A stretch of 64,000 nucleotides of DNA from an uncultured Verrucomicrobiae bacterium (GTDB lineage Bacteria; Verrucomicrobiota; Verrucomicrobiia; Chthoniobacterales; UBA10450), in contig CAWFGO010000001.1 of the NCBI GenBank assembly GCA_963815455.1, forward strand, positions 1,536,001 through 1,600,000. The letters run 5' to 3'. The notes under the pieces were generated by a model. The model searched no databases. It was not told the origin of the DNA and saw only the letters and a program-made list of their open reading frames with translations. Within the stretch, counting starts at the first letter, position 1, and every line of letters begins with the position of its first letter. Below, one piece after another: positions 8,405-18,739 of this stretch. The translations under genes and the position numbers were made by a program.

Positions 8405-10846
8405 TTAGCCGGGACAGTGCCGGTAGAAGATGTGCTTAACCAGCTCAGCCGAGATCACGTAAGCGATTATAATCAAAGCAACAATCGGATAGAAGTGCGC
8501 CGGCATCGTTTGAAATCCGAGCACGGACGCAGCCGGCAAATGCGGAAGTGCAACAGCGACGATCACAACCGCGACGGTGGCAAGTAGGAGTAATTTGCTC
8601 GGCCGACTCCTAAAAAATGGGCGCCGACTGCGCACGACCAGGACAATCAGCGCCGCCGAAACGATCGATTCGATAAACCACCCAGTGCGGAATTGTGCAG
8701 TCGTGGCGTTCAGCCAGATCAAGACACCGAATGTCAGGTAATCGAAAACGGAGCTGACCAGACCGAACACGACCATGAAACGCCGGATGAAATGAATGTC
8801 CCAACGTCGCGGGCGTTCGACGAGTTCAGGATCGACATCGTCGCTGGCGATTGTCATCTCCGGAAAATCGGTCAGCAGATTGATGAGCAAAATTTGTTTG
8901 GGCAAGAGCGGCAGAAACGGAAGAAAGAGCGAGGCCCCGGCCATGCTAAACATGTTTCCGAAATTCGCGCTGGTGGCGATGAAAACGTATTTGAGAGTAT
9001 TGGCGAAAGTGCGCCGGCCTTCGCGCACACCATCGACAAGCACTTCGAGGTCATGTTCGAGCAAAACAAAGTCCGCGGCCTCGCGCGCGACATCGACAGC
9101 GCTATCGACCGACAAGCTCACGTCGGAAGCGTGCAATGCCGAGACGTCGTTAATTCCGTCGCCGATGTAACCGACAACCTGCCCGGATTTTCGTAGCGCG
9201 AAAATCAAACGCTCCTTCTGGCTCGGTTCGATCTCGGCGAACACTTCGACCTTGCTCGCCTGCTGCATCAGCGCGGCATCGCTCATCGCTTGAATCTCGC
9301 GCCCGGAAAGGACTTGTTCGGCATTCAGGCCAACTTGTTGGGCCAGATGGGTGGCGATCAAAACATTGTCGCCGGTGACTATCTTTAACCGGATGCCGAG
9401 GTCGCGCAGTTCACGCACAGTGGATTCGATTCCGGGTTTCGGCGGGTCCGACATCGCCACGAGCCCGAGAAAAATCATTCCTGTTTCGGTTTCGCGATCG
9501 ATTCGCGAGCAATCGGAGCCGTACTCGCGATACGCGACAGCAATGACGCGCGAACCTTCGGAACTAAATCGGCGCCACTGCTCATCAATCGGGCCGCGCG
9601 CGACATCGATGTCGTCGCGCGTTCCGTCGTTCCACTCAATCTCAGAGCAGATTTCCAGAATTTGTCGCAGCGCGCCTTTGGTGATCAGCACGCGGCGCCC
9701 ATTTTTTTCGAACAAAATGCTCAGACGTTTACGGGCGAAATCGTATGGCAGCTCGTCGAGCTTGGTCCATCCGGTGCAATCCCACGCCGGATGACCGCGG
9801 ATGGCTTCATCGATGGGATTAATGAATCCGGTTTCGTTAGACGCATTGAGAAATGCGTAGAACATCGACTTCTCACATTCCGTTCCGCGTCCATCCACCG
9901 CCGCGCGAATATCGATCTTGCCCTCGGTGATCGTGCCCGTTTTGTCGGAACAGAGCACGTTCATGCTGCCAAAATTCTCAATCGCGGCCAGGCGTTTCAC
10001 GATCACCTTCTGCTGCGCCATGCGCCGCGCGCCGTGAGCAAGATTGATGGTGATGATCGCCGGGAGCAGTTGCGGCGTTAGCCCGACCGCCAGCGCGAGC
10101 GCGAACAAAAACGAATCGAGTACCGGCTTGTGCAGGAAAACGTTGAACCCAAAGATCGCGAGCACCAGTAGCAGCGTGATCTGGGCCAGCAGATAACCGA
10201 ACCGCCGCACGCCGCGCTCGAATTCCGTTTCCGGCCGGCGCAACCGCAGGCTTTCGGCGATCTTGCCGAAGCGCGTCGCCTTTCCGGTGGCGACGATCTC
10301 GGCCTTGCCCGAACCACTGACCACATGCGTGCCGAGATAGACCTGGGTTTTTGTCGGCTCACTCGGATCGACAGTCGTTTTTTCCGCCGGAAAAGTTTCG
10401 CCGGTCAGCGTCGATTCATTAACGAAAAGCTCGCGCGCTTCGAGAAGCAGGCCGTCACCCGGAATGATCGCGCCCGCGCAAAGCACGGCGACGTCCCCCG
10501 GTACGACCTCGGCCAACGAAATGATCGCTTCCTCGCCATCACGCAGCACACGCACCTTTGTTTCGACCATCGCGCGCAATTTCGCCACGGCATTTGTTGC
10601 GCTGTACTCCTGCCAAAACCCAAGCAGCCCGCTCACGAGCACGATTGATAGAATCAGCACCGCATCGGTATGGTCCTCCAGAAAAATGGAGACGATCGCG
10701 GCGCCGATCAAAATCAGAATGATTGGGCTCTTGAATTGCGCCAGGAAAAGAGTGAGTGCGCCGGCCGGGCGCTCGGATCGGATTCGGTTTGGACCGAGTC
10801 GTGCGAGCCGCTCGCGCGCCTCGATCGTTGTAAGACCAGCGGCCAC
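8405..10846 (-). CDS. mgtA: Magnesium-translocating P-type ATPase
   Basis: LTGETFPAEK, AVGLTPQLLP, CSDKTGT, ELPYDFARKRLS, GDGIND, SANFGNMFSMAGAS and QFRTGWFIES. Probable GTG start at 10846, just after the upstream stop. Confidence 0.9.
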   Translation of the reverse strand: MAAGLTTIEARERLARLGPNRIRSERPAGALTLFLAQFKSPIILILIGAAIVSIFLEDHTDAVLILSIVLVSGLLGFWQEYSATNAVAKLRAMVETKVRVLRDGEEAIISLAEVVPGDVAVLCAGAIIPGDGLLLEARELFVNESTLTGETFPAEKTTVDPSEPTKTQVYLGTHVVSGSGKAEIVATGKATRFGKIAESLRLRRPETEFERGVRRFGYLLAQITLLLVLAIFGFNVFLHKPVLDSFLFALALAVGLTPQLLPAIITINLAHGARRMAQQKVIVKRLAAIENFGSMNVLCSDKTGTITEGKIDIRAAVDGRGTECEKSMFYAFLNASNETGFINPIDEAIRGHPAWDCTGWTKLDELPYDFARKRLSILFEKNGRRVLITKGALRQILEICSEIEWNDGTRDDIDVARGPIDEQWRRFSSEGSRVIAVAYREYGSDCSRIDRETETGMIFLGLVAMSDPPKPGIESTVRELRDLGIRLKIVTGDNVLIATHLAQQVGLNAEQVLSGREIQAMSDAALMQQASKVEVFAEIEPSQKERLIFALRKSGQVVGYIGDGINDVSALHASDVSLSVDSAVDVAREAADFVLLEHDLEVLVDGVREGRRTFANTLKYVFIATSANFGNMFSMAGASLFLPFLPLLPKQILLINLLTDFPEMTIASDDVDPELVERPRRWDIHFIRRFMVVFGLVSSVFDYLTFGVLIWLNATTAQFRTGWFIESIVSAALIVLVVRSRRPFFRSRPSKLLLLATVAVVIVAVALPHLPAASVLGFQTMPAHFYPIVALIIIAYVISAELVKHIFYRHCPG

Positions 10847-10848
10847 CG

Positions 10849-11392
10849 CTATCCGGTGCGTTTTCGCACTTCCACGGGCATTCGGCTCAGTTTTTGGAAA
10901 AGCCGGCCCTTGCGCAAAAGCGGCCACCAATCGTAAAGAAAAATCTGCATCGGCCGCCACATGGCCACCCAGCCGGCAATGGTCAGACTTTCCCGGACCA
11001 GGATCGGCAATGTTCCCATTTGCTGTTGCAACAGGAGCTCGCTGGTGATGAGACAGAGCCCGAGAAAAACCAGCCCGATGATCAGGCTGGTCCGTCCGCG
11101 CTTGAGGAGCTGGCGCAACTCGAGCCGATTCAGGTTCGCTCGATAGGCAAAATAGTTGTGCACCGCGGTTTCAACTACCTGTTGAGCATCACCCTGCGCC
11201 GGCAGATCCTCCACCTGAACCCGACAGGAAGACCGGATCCTTTCTCGGGAATTCCTGGGCCCAGCTGACAATGAACTCTTCCGCATCATGATCGAGGTCC
11301 TTTTCATGAAACGGGGATGGATCCATCGAATTGAACAGTTGCTCGATTCGATGGACAAAAATCTCGATTCGATGCCGCGGTCTCCTATGCAA
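10849..11392 (-). CDS. Conserved hypothetical membrane protein split by a frameshift near 11224
   Basis: The N-terminal part (LFNSMDPSPFHEKDLDHDAEEFIVSWA, ORF 11189-11392) continues in another frame (AVHNYFAY...ESLTIAGWVAMWRPMQIFLYDWWP) if one base is removed. Confidence 0.7.
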
Positions 11393-11407
11393 TTTGGATT
11401 TGAGAAT

Positions 11408-12205
11408 TTACGACGGGCGTTTGGAGGCAATGTTCACAAGTTCATTACAAACTGAACTGATCTCTTTGACCGCTTTTTCCGTCATAGGCCCATTCTCATT
11501 TTGGATGAGCAGGTGAATTCTCCGTATTCCCTCCGCCATTTTCACGATCATCCGGCGGTTCCCTATTCTACCGCTCATTCCGCGAAGTTGTTTTTCCAGA
11601 TGATCGAGCAGAACCGGCTGTCGAATAAGCTCGGCCCGCTCCGGCGAATAATTCTGTAGGACCAGAGTACAGAGCGCTTCGGTCCCGCGCAACCAACCGG
11701 CCAGACTCACCAGTTGGGAGAGGGGCTCGCTCTTGAGCTCAATCATTCCTTTTTCAAGATCAGCAAGGACGCCGTCCCATTCTCGGCGCGCTGCCGCCCA
11801 CTCATTTTTGTCGGCATATTCCATGATGCTTCTGCTGCGCCTGACCGCGGTCTTTTCGACGCCAAGCCCGCGCGACAGCGTCAGCACCACATCACCAACG
11901 TTTTTCACTTCGGCCGAGTCTCTTGCTTCCATCGCGATGAAACCCTCCGCCACCACAACCCCGAGCAGGAGCGCGATCTGGACCTGGTCGCCATGTGATT
12001 TCCAGCGCACCACTTCCAGACGTTGCACGGCCTGCCAGTTGGCGCCGTGAAACTTATCAAGCGTTTGAAATATCTCTTTCGGCACCGGGACCAAAATGCC
12101 TTCCACCGGCCTGGCCTGAGAAGGAAGCTGCCCGGGAGGCATCTGAGCGAACGCCGGAACCACCAGGGTAATCAGGATAAAAAGATAAATCCTTCGTGAA
12201 GACAC
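11408..12205 (-). CDS. Secreted hypothetical protein, paralog of 22412-23206
   Basis: Signal peptide (…LITLVVPAFAQ) and near-identical blocks with the 22412-23206 ORF. Confidence 0.8.
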   Translation of the reverse strand: MSSRRIYLFILITLVVPAFAQMPPGQLPSQARPVEGILVPVPKEIFQTLDKFHGANWQAVQRLEVVRWKSHGDQVQIALLLGVVVAEGFIAMEARDSAEVKNVGDVVLTLSRGLGVEKTAVRRSRSIMEYADKNEWAAARREWDGVLADLEKGMIELKSEPLSQLVSLAGWLRGTEALCTLVLQNYSPERAELIRQPVLLDHLEKQLRGMSGRIGNRRMIVKMAEGIRRIHLLIQNENGPMTEKAVKEISSVCNELVNIASKRPS

Positions 12206-12212
12206 AACGGGT

Positions 12213-13550
12213 TCAGAGTCCGCTCGGAAACGTTTCTTCCACTTCACCCGCCTGCCACTCGGCGGTACGTTCCAGCGGTTCTACCGCGCGGGTGCAATCG
12301 TAATGCAAAACGCCATCGAACTGGTCCGGCAATCGCGCGTGAAAATAGTGACTAGCCAATTCGGTCTCGGGCCGATAGATGACGCCGATGGCCCGTTCGA
12401 GCCGCTCGCTTCTTAAACGCGAAGCAAGATCGCCATTGCTTCTCAGGTTAAGAAAAAAATTCGGCACATCCGCATCGTGAAATAGGGCCTCGTAACTTTC
12501 AGGGTGGCCGGGACGCACATTCTTGCGCTCAGCCGGTCCGTCCCAGTCAGACGCAGCCGTGACCGTGCCCTCGTAGGTAGTGAAGCCAATCGAGACGGCT
12601 TCCCGCCCAAAATGCATCCGGGCGAGCTGTCCCAGGTTCAATTCCCCGCGTTCGCCCATCTGCGTTGCGCGGGCGTCGCCCAGATGCGAGTTGTGCGCCC
12701 AAACGATTATCTTCGCGGGCGTTCCCTGCTTGCCCAAATGGTCAGCCAGCGAGACGAGCGATTCCATCATGTGAGTATCGCGCAAGTTCCAGGATGATAC
12801 TTCGCGTCGGAACATATTGCGGTAATATTCTTCCGCGTTCCGAACCACAAGCGCGTTTTGTTCGGCACAAAAATATGCGTCTGCCGCGACCTGACCATCA
12901 CGCCGCAGATATTCCATTGCCTTGTGCCGCAGCGCGACGAGTTCCTTGACCACACCCTCCCGGCAGGACGGCGCCATCCCAAATCCAGCCGCGTATCCGT
13001 AGGTCTCGATTTTCTTGCCAAATTGCTCAAAGCAACTGTAGTGATGTCGCGCCCGCATGGCCGCTTCCGGATCGACCTTGCTCAAATAGGCGAGCACTGC
13101 TTCGATCGACGCGTGCAGGCTGTAAAGATCGAGCCCGTAAAAGCCGCATTTTCGATTTTCGAATGCCTGCTCATCGTTGTGTTCGCGCAACCAGCCGACG
13201 AAGTCGAGAACATCGGCGTTTCGCCACATCCATTGCGGAAAACGCTTGAATCCGCTTAAGGCTTCCACGCTATCAATGTCAGTGCTGACGCCCCGAACAA
13301 AGCGGTTGATCCGATATGCGTCCGGCCAGTCTGCTTCCACCGCGACCGCGCCAAAACCGCGCTGCGCGATCAGCCGTTTGGAAATCTGGGCGCGCACCCT
13401 GTAAAATTCGTGCGTTCCATGGCTGGCCTCGCCGATCAGGACAAAGCGAGCATCGCCAATCAGATCGACAATCAGATCGAAATCATCTGGTGAGCCGACC
13501 AACGGCTCGGCCACTTTACTAATAAGATCTGGCAATAACCGTGAGTTCAT
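12213..13550 (-). CDS. Erythromycin esterase family protein
   Basis: LIGEASHGTHEFY, AVEADWPDA, FYGLDLYSL, WAHNSHLGDARAT and RAIGVIYRPETE. Confidence 0.93.
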   Translation of the reverse strand: MNSRLLPDLISKVAEPLVGSPDDFDLIVDLIGDARFVLIGEASHGTHEFYRVRAQISKRLIAQRGFGAVAVEADWPDAYRINRFVRGVSTDIDSVEALSGFKRFPQWMWRNADVLDFVGWLREHNDEQAFENRKCGFYGLDLYSLHASIEAVLAYLSKVDPEAAMRARHHYSCFEQFGKKIETYGYAAGFGMAPSCREGVVKELVALRHKAMEYLRRDGQVAADAYFCAEQNALVVRNAEEYYRNMFRREVSSWNLRDTHMMESLVSLADHLGKQGTPAKIIVWAHNSHLGDARATQMGERGELNLGQLARMHFGREAVSIGFTTYEGTVTAASDWDGPAERKNVRPGHPESYEALFHDADVPNFFLNLRSNGDLASRLRSERLERAIGVIYRPETELASHYFHARLPDQFDGVLHYDCTRAVEPLERTAEWQAGEVEETFPSGL

Positions 13551-14215
13551 GCCGCCGCCAAGGGTACGACCCGTTGATTCGCTTGAGCCAGAAGACTCTT
13601 CACTTCCTCGTCCGTCGTTTGCGAAAAATCCTCGTACCACTGACCGACTCCATGGAATTCAACCGGAACCAGCACCGCAACAACCTCATCGGCAACGTCG
13701 CGAAGATAATCGCAGGTGGATCGCGCGATGACCGGTGCGGCAACAATGATGCGTTTTGCGTTGAGTTGGCGAAGACTCGAGACCGCCGCGGCCATGGTCG
13801 ATCCCGTGGCAACGCCATCATCGACAATGATAAGAGTCTTGCCTTCCGCTTCCAAAGCGGGCCGATCGCCGCGATACAACCGTTCACGCCGTTGCAGCTC
13901 GCGAAACTCGGTCGCGGTCACATTATTGACGACCTCATCGGAGATCTGGAGCGAGTTGATGACATCTCCGTTGAATACCCGAACACCGCCAGTGGCGATC
14001 GCCCCCATGGCCAGCTCCGGATATCCCGGCAGCCCCAACTTGCGCACAACAAAAACATCGAGCGGCACATTCAATCTCCGGGCGACTCGGGCCGCAACCG
14101 GCACGCCGCCGCGCGGCAACGCGAGCACAATCGCGTCCGGCTTGTTTGCGTAGGCAGTGAGTTGCTCGCCCAAAAATTCACCCGCGTCGTAACGATCATG
14201 GAATTGGGTTCTCAT
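13547..14215 (-). CDS. Phosphoribosyltransferase family protein
   Basis: LALPRGGVPVA, ELAMGAIA, PRPP loop IVDDGVATGST and VGQWYEDF.QTTDEEV. Confidence 0.92.
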   Translation of the reverse strand: MRTQFHDRYDAGEFLGEQLTAYANKPDAIVLALPRGGVPVAARVARRLNVPLDVFVVRKLGLPGYPELAMGAIATGGVRVFNGDVINSLQISDEVVNNVTATEFRELQRRERLYRGDRPALEAEGKTLIIVDDGVATGSTMAAAVSSLRQLNAKRIIVAAPVIARSTCDYLRDVADEVVAVLVPVEFHGVGQWYEDFSQTTDEEVKSLLAQANQRVVPLAAA

Positions 14216-14925
14216 TTTCGTGGCTTCAGATGTTTTCGAAACCAATCGGCCGCCAGTCGCGCAACTTCTTCCAGCGCGCCCGGTTCCTCAAAGAGATGGG
14301 TCGCGTGCGGCACCACGGCCAGCGATTTGTGACATTGCAGTTGCGCATACGCTTCTTCGTTTAGACGCAAAACTTCCTCATCGCGTTCGCCGACGATTAA
14401 AAGCGTTGGCGCTTGCACATGGGCCAGAGCTTCGCCGGCGAGATCCGGGCGACCGCCGCGCGAAACGACAGCGCCGATTGTCGATTCCAGCACAGCGGCT
14501 GCGCGCAACGCCGCCGCCCCACCGGTGCTCGCGCCGAAATAGCCCAACCCCAGGTTTCGCGAATGCGAATCATCTGCGATCTCCTCGGTAACGATGGCAA
14601 GCCTTCGACTCAGTAATCCGATGTCGAACCGCAAATGGCCGGTGTGGGCGTCCTCCACTTCTTCCTGCGGAGTGAGAAGATCAAACAGCAGCGTTGCCAT
14701 TCCAGCGTCGCGCAACACCTGCGCCACTGCCTGATTGCGTGGACTGCGCCGGCTGCTGCCACTGCCATGCGCAAACAAAACCAGACCCCGCGCGCGTTGC
14801 GGAATGTCGAGATCGCCGGAAAGCATGACCTCGGCTGCGGGTATCTGCAGCGCCAGCGATTCGGAACCAACATCCGATTCATCCTCGCTCGGAGAAGCGA
14901 TGTCTAATTCGTTTCGTGTTCTCAT
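14212..14925 (-). CDS. Dienelactone hydrolase-like alpha/beta hydrolase
   Basis: FAHGSGSSRRSPRN, GYFGASTGG, VVSRGGRPDLA and ATHLFEEPG. Confidence 0.9.
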   Translation of the reverse strand: MRTRNELDIASPSEDESDVGSESLALQIPAAEVMLSGDLDIPQRARGLVLFAHGSGSSRRSPRNQAVAQVLRDAGMATLLFDLLTPQEEVEDAHTGHLRFDIGLLSRRLAIVTEEIADDSHSRNLGLGYFGASTGGAAALRAAAVLESTIGAVVSRGGRPDLAGEALAHVQAPTLLIVGERDEEVLRLNEEAYAQLQCHKSLAVVPHATHLFEEPGALEEVARLAADWFRKHLKPRK

Positions 14926-14929
14926 GTTT

Positions 14930-15136
14930 TCATAAGTGATGGTGGATCAGACGTGATTGCTCCGCGTGTTCGTGAAGAGCATGGGCCGTGGCAATGGCCA
15001 ATGCTCCAGCCGCGATCACGAAGCCGGCGAGGAGAAAAACTTCGTGCACGGCGATTCCCAACCCGATGCTCAACCCGAGCAGAACCGCGACCCGTGCCCC
15101 GTTCACCTTCCCGGCATCTTTTTTAATCGTGCTCAT
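14930..15136 (-). CDS. Small two-helix membrane protein with His-rich C-terminus
   Basis: 68 aa, RBS-like AGAGG, ends HALHEHAEQSRLIHHHL. Confidence 0.65.
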   Translation of the reverse strand: MSTIKKDAGKVNGARVAVLLGLSIGLGIAVHEVFLLAGFVIAAGALAIATAHALHEHAEQSRLIHHHL

Positions 15137-15295
15137 AATAGTACCTCTTTAGGTACCTCTTGCCAAAAAGACATTGACCCGGGAACCGAACACCGCTCTG
15201 CGTGAATTGCCTTTTCCTGCCCAAATCTTGCGCGGACGCGCTGCAGGTAATACTCGCCGACCCCGACTTGGACCAGCGGCAGCGCCGGATTGGAT

Positions 15296-15405
15296 TCAGG
15301 GCGTCCTTTCGCCTGAGGTAACGTCGAAGGAAAATACCATGCCGTCTACACGCCTGACCCGAAGGTCTTGTCGTAGTCGTTTCCGCAGTGTTCGCACTTC
15401 GCCAT
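15296..15405 (-). pseudogene. Remnant of a small Cys-rich metal-binding protein (MAKCEHCGNDYDKTF...)
   Basis: ATG at 15405 gives MAKCEHCGNDYDKTF, then an early stop. The shifted frame continues VRRVDGMVFSFD, and the usual Cys-rich C-terminal half is missing. Confidence 0.5.
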
Positions 15406-15456
15406 GGGTTTATGTCTGATCAGGGGTTCGTAGACATGTGAAAATTGTGCCAATCA

Positions 15457-15870
15457 TCAAATCGGTTGAAGCGAGCGAAAATGCTCCGGTAATCTGGCGA
15501 CCGGAGTTTTTACAAGATCGGAGTGGACGTGCTCAACGATCCGCTCCCGGATTTCCAGTGGTAAAAGATCGACAATTTCGGCGTAAATCGATTCCGGCGC
15601 GGCCAGCGACCATCCTTCCCCAGCGTCTCGTAGAACGATTTTTGTGATTTCGTCGGCTAGTTGCTTGCAGATTCGATCTCCTTCTTCGATCTCGAGCTGC
15701 GGCCAATCGGTGACGGCGGTGGTGTGGTGCGTCCTCGACGGGACATTAACATTCGGGATGTCGAACGCCTGTACCAGCTTTAGGCTGGTTCCGCGTGTCG
15801 GCGTTTCACCTACCCGATACGCTTTCAAGCCGCCACGGTCGGCGATAATAATGAGCGAGCTCGCCGTCAT
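15457..15870 (-). CDS. Host attachment protein / baeRF-like family protein
   Basis: LIIIADRG.LKAY N-terminus, W.LAAP..I...IVD.LP and DLVK.P...L.EHF. Confidence 0.65.
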   Translation of the reverse strand: MTASSLIIIADRGGLKAYRVGETPTRGTSLKLVQAFDIPNVNVPSRTHHTTAVTDWPQLEIEEGDRICKQLADEITKIVLRDAGEGWSLAAPESIYAEIVDLLPLEIRERIVEHVHSDLVKTPVARLPEHFRSLQPI

Positions 15871-16325
15871 ACGTAATCAGAAAGATCGGCTGTTTCGCTC
15901 TCGGCCCAGATCTCGCGCAGACGCGGCGGGAAAATGGCTCGCAGCTTTTCAAGCTCACCCGGCGAGATGTTTCTCGCCAACACCTGCAGCACGGCTTGCG
16001 TCAAGCGCATGGGATTAACGTTGCGATCCGTGGCAAAATGCTCGCGCACAGCATCGTAAAAATCCTGAGCCGTCTTAATTTTGACAGGAGTGTGCGCCGG
16101 CTTCCAGCAATCATAATAAAACCCGCGCACCAGCATTGGCAGCTGTGCGCCCAAATGAGCCGCTTCCGGCACCGGTAAACGGTCCCGCAATGCGTGCAGG
16201 ACCGCCCGCAAACCATGGTAGGCCTTGTGATAATCATCCCAATGCAACAAATCGCTGAGCTCTTTCACCCACAGATTCGTTTTTTGCAGCGTCGTGTCGA
16301 AAACTTCCGGTTGATGTGTTGTCAT
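15867..16325 (-). CDS. DUF2267 family protein
   Basis: FDTTLQKTNLW, LRAVLHALRDRL and LGAQLPMLVRGFYY. RBS GGAGG before MTTHQ. Confidence 0.9.
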   Translation of the reverse strand: MTTHQPEVFDTTLQKTNLWVKELSDLLHWDDYHKAYHGLRAVLHALRDRLPVPEAAHLGAQLPMLVRGFYYDCWKPAHTPVKIKTAQDFYDAVREHFATDRNVNPMRLTQAVLQVLARNISPGELEKLRAIFPPRLREIWAESETADLSDYV

Positions 16326-16408
16326 TTCTTGTCCTCCAATCATTTGTAGCCATCCAAGTTGAGCATTCGTGCGGTGCGGCCTTTCCTTAAACGCAACCGC
16401 AGATGCCT

Positions 16409-16906
16409 TTACGCGGCGACCATTTGTGCCTCCGGCTTCTGAAACGGTTTCGCCAGCGGCAGACTCGGGTGAGCGCAAATGCTTCTCAGCGTCATCTCCA
16501 CGTCCTCGGCCGACAACTCCGCCCTGACTCCACCCTCCGCTTTCAGCGCGATGTCGTTTAGCGATAAAATGCCGGCCAGCTTCCCGTCCTCGGCATTAAT
16601 GATCGGCAACCGTCGCACCCGTTTTTCTCTCATGATCTTAAGCGCTTCGTGAACTTCTGTGTCAGGCGAGCAGCTATACACCTTTCCCGATGTCACTTCC
16701 TTGACCCGGATAGTCGCCGGATCGAGATGCCTGGTTGCCGTGGCCATGCAAATGTCACGGTCGGTTATCATGCCGACGACCTTTTCGCCGGCGACGACTG
16801 GCAATGCGCCAAAATCGCCTCTCCACATCTGCATCGCCGCCTCGGCCAGGTTGGTTTCAGGCCAGCAGCTCTGCACAACTTGAGTCATTACATCTTGTAC
16901 TTTCAT
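16409..16906 (-). CDS. CBS domain pair protein
   Basis: MKVQDVMT, GALPVV...GMITDRDI and VRRLPI...GILSLNDIA. Confidence 0.92.
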   Translation of the reverse strand: MKVQDVMTQVVQSCWPETNLAEAAMQMWRGDFGALPVVAGEKVVGMITDRDICMATATRHLDPATIRVKEVTSGKVYSCSPDTEVHEALKIMREKRVRRLPIINAEDGKLAGILSLNDIALKAEGGVRAELSAEDVEMTLRSICAHPSLPLAKPFQKPEAQMVAA

Positions 16907-17231
16907 ATTGGTTTGTCCTTCTTATGAGAAAACAACAGTGCGCCGCGGCAATGCGCTGCCCAAATCTTGCGAAGAAGTACGCGGTTCTTGTCAAATTATC
17001 CGCACCGCGGAAAATCATCGCGCGCCTTCCAAGTGAAGCACGTCCCGGCAGGAATAAGTTCACATTTCGCCCGCAATCGAGGCGCGCAATCGAGACGCGA
17101 TCCACGCGGCACTGCCGTCACGCCCGCCAATTCTGGCGCGCAAAATCTGAACAGGTTCTCGCAAATGCCGATAAGCCGATGAGCCGGCTGCGGTTCAAAG
17201 TAAAACACTTGAAGAGAAAGGAATAAGAAAC

Positions 17232-17642
17232 ATGAACAAAAATCCTCTGAACAAGGGTGTCTTAACTGAGAACGCGAGCGGCATCGGAACGGTGACTCCA
17301 GAGATGGTGCAAGCGCGTGCGTGTGAACTAGCCATTATTGCGGGTCGTGTTCCTCCGGAACCGTCTGAGTTCGATTATGAGCAGGCCGAACGTGAGCTGA
17401 CGGGCGAATCGGATATGGATGTTGAAGAGGAGGTTCTTGAATCGATACCCGAATCGGAACGCTGGGATCCGGTGCCAGGTTCGACTGGACGCCACACACC
17501 GGAATCATTTGGCGAAGACGAGGATAGCGAAGGGCGGAGCGAGAGTGCGCAGCTTGTCGAGGAAGGAATAAAAGAAGCGGAACACGACCAAATGCTCCAG
17601 GCAGCCCGCGCAGCCCAGGAAAGGGACCAACGCGAACTGTGA
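17232..17642 (+). CDS. Acidic hypothetical protein with DUF2934-like N-terminal motif
   Basis: V.ARA.ELA...GR......DYEQAEREL; strong A/G-rich RBS. Confidence 0.7.
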   Translation: MNKNPLNKGVLTENASGIGTVTPEMVQARACELAIIAGRVPPEPSEFDYEQAERELTGESDMDVEEEVLESIPESERWDPVPGSTGRHTPESFGEDEDSEGRSESAQLVEEGIKEAEHDQMLQAARAAQERDQREL

Positions 17643-17664
17643 GTCTTACCCTGAATTGAGTTAG

Positions 17665-18519
17665 GCGCTGGTTTCGGCAGTCACTCTGGTGAGCGCATGT
17701 GCGACCGGGATTGGACCCGGGGGAGGTTTAACCGCCGCAGAAAAGATGATGTGATCCACCTACGCAATTGCCACTACCAAAGGCATGGCCACGTGCGTGG
17801 TGGTGAACCGAAAGGACCCATTCGCTCCACATGGCATCGCTCCTGTGATCATAACGTCCGCGCATTTTCTCTCGACCTCTCCGAACGGTCCGTTCTATCT
17901 TGTCATGAGGGAGCCGAGAACAGCAGCCAGTCCACGGATTGGGATTTTGGAATTTCGCTCGCTCAATTCTAAAGACCGCCCTTTTTTCAAGCATCCCCCG
18001 GCACGACATTGCCGCGCTTGAACTCGAGATTACGCCGGAATTTGCGAACGACATCTTGTTGACCTCTTTCATTGACGAGTGGGAAATTGGGCGACGGGGT
18101 GACCAACCACATGCGGGGGATGAAGTCTCAGTTCTCGGCTTCCCACACGTGCTTCCCGGGTACTGAGGGCGGGTTCGCAGTCCTGCGAGCGGGCAGGATC
18201 GCATCGGTACTCCGCTAGGCCAGGCAAGCGACTGCGAAAAGTTCCTGGTGAATACCAATGTCTACGGCGGCGAAGCGGGGGACCCATGTTCGCTGGTCGC
18301 CGCTGGGGCAGACCGGCGCTGGTCGGCATGATTAGTGAACGAATCGGAAAGAAAGAGGGCGGAGTGCCCCTGGCGGTGGCGGTCAACGCCACCGTGATCG
18401 CTGAGACTTTGCAGATGCAAGCCGCGCAAAACGCCCCTATCTTGACCGGCGTTCCAAGCCCTCCCTCGAACGCAACCGGGATACCTCCCGGAACACGGTT
18501 CAACTCGTTGGTCCCGTGA
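17665..18519 (+). pseudogene. Degraded trypsin-like serine protease lipoprotein
   Basis: Fragments in different frames: lipobox-like LVSAC, in-frame TGA, ITSAHF (His), HDIAAL (Asp), VLGFP, FLVNTNVYGG(x)xGGPMF (Ser motif broken), LVGMIS...AVAVNA. Confidence 0.7.
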
Positions 18520-18739
18520 GATATTTCGAAGCGGTCGTTAAGGCGAAGAAAGCCCTCCGGGTCTCCGATTTTACCAAAGCCAGAAGAACCAGGTTGCTGA
18601 ACCTGGCGCTTAGTGACTGTTGAGTAAATGCGCCGGGTCGCCCTGAAGCCCCAAGATCCGATGAGACTCTGACAATAGACGGTTAGCCCAGAATACTCGT
18701 TGCCCCCCTCTTATAGGTAGAAGGAAAGGAAAACAAACT

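Noticed and set aside
12213..13550. Erythromycin esterase as an antibiotic resistance gene
   Set aside because: It belongs to the widespread PRTase-linked stress subfamily; nothing supports macrolide activity.
17748..17756. In-frame TGA as selenocysteine or readthrough
   Set aside because: The same gene has other stops and frameshifts, and the position is not a redox site.
18602..18630. Possible CIRCE upstream of hsp20
   Set aside because: Too many mismatches to TTAGCACTC-N9-GAGTGCTAA and wrong spacing.
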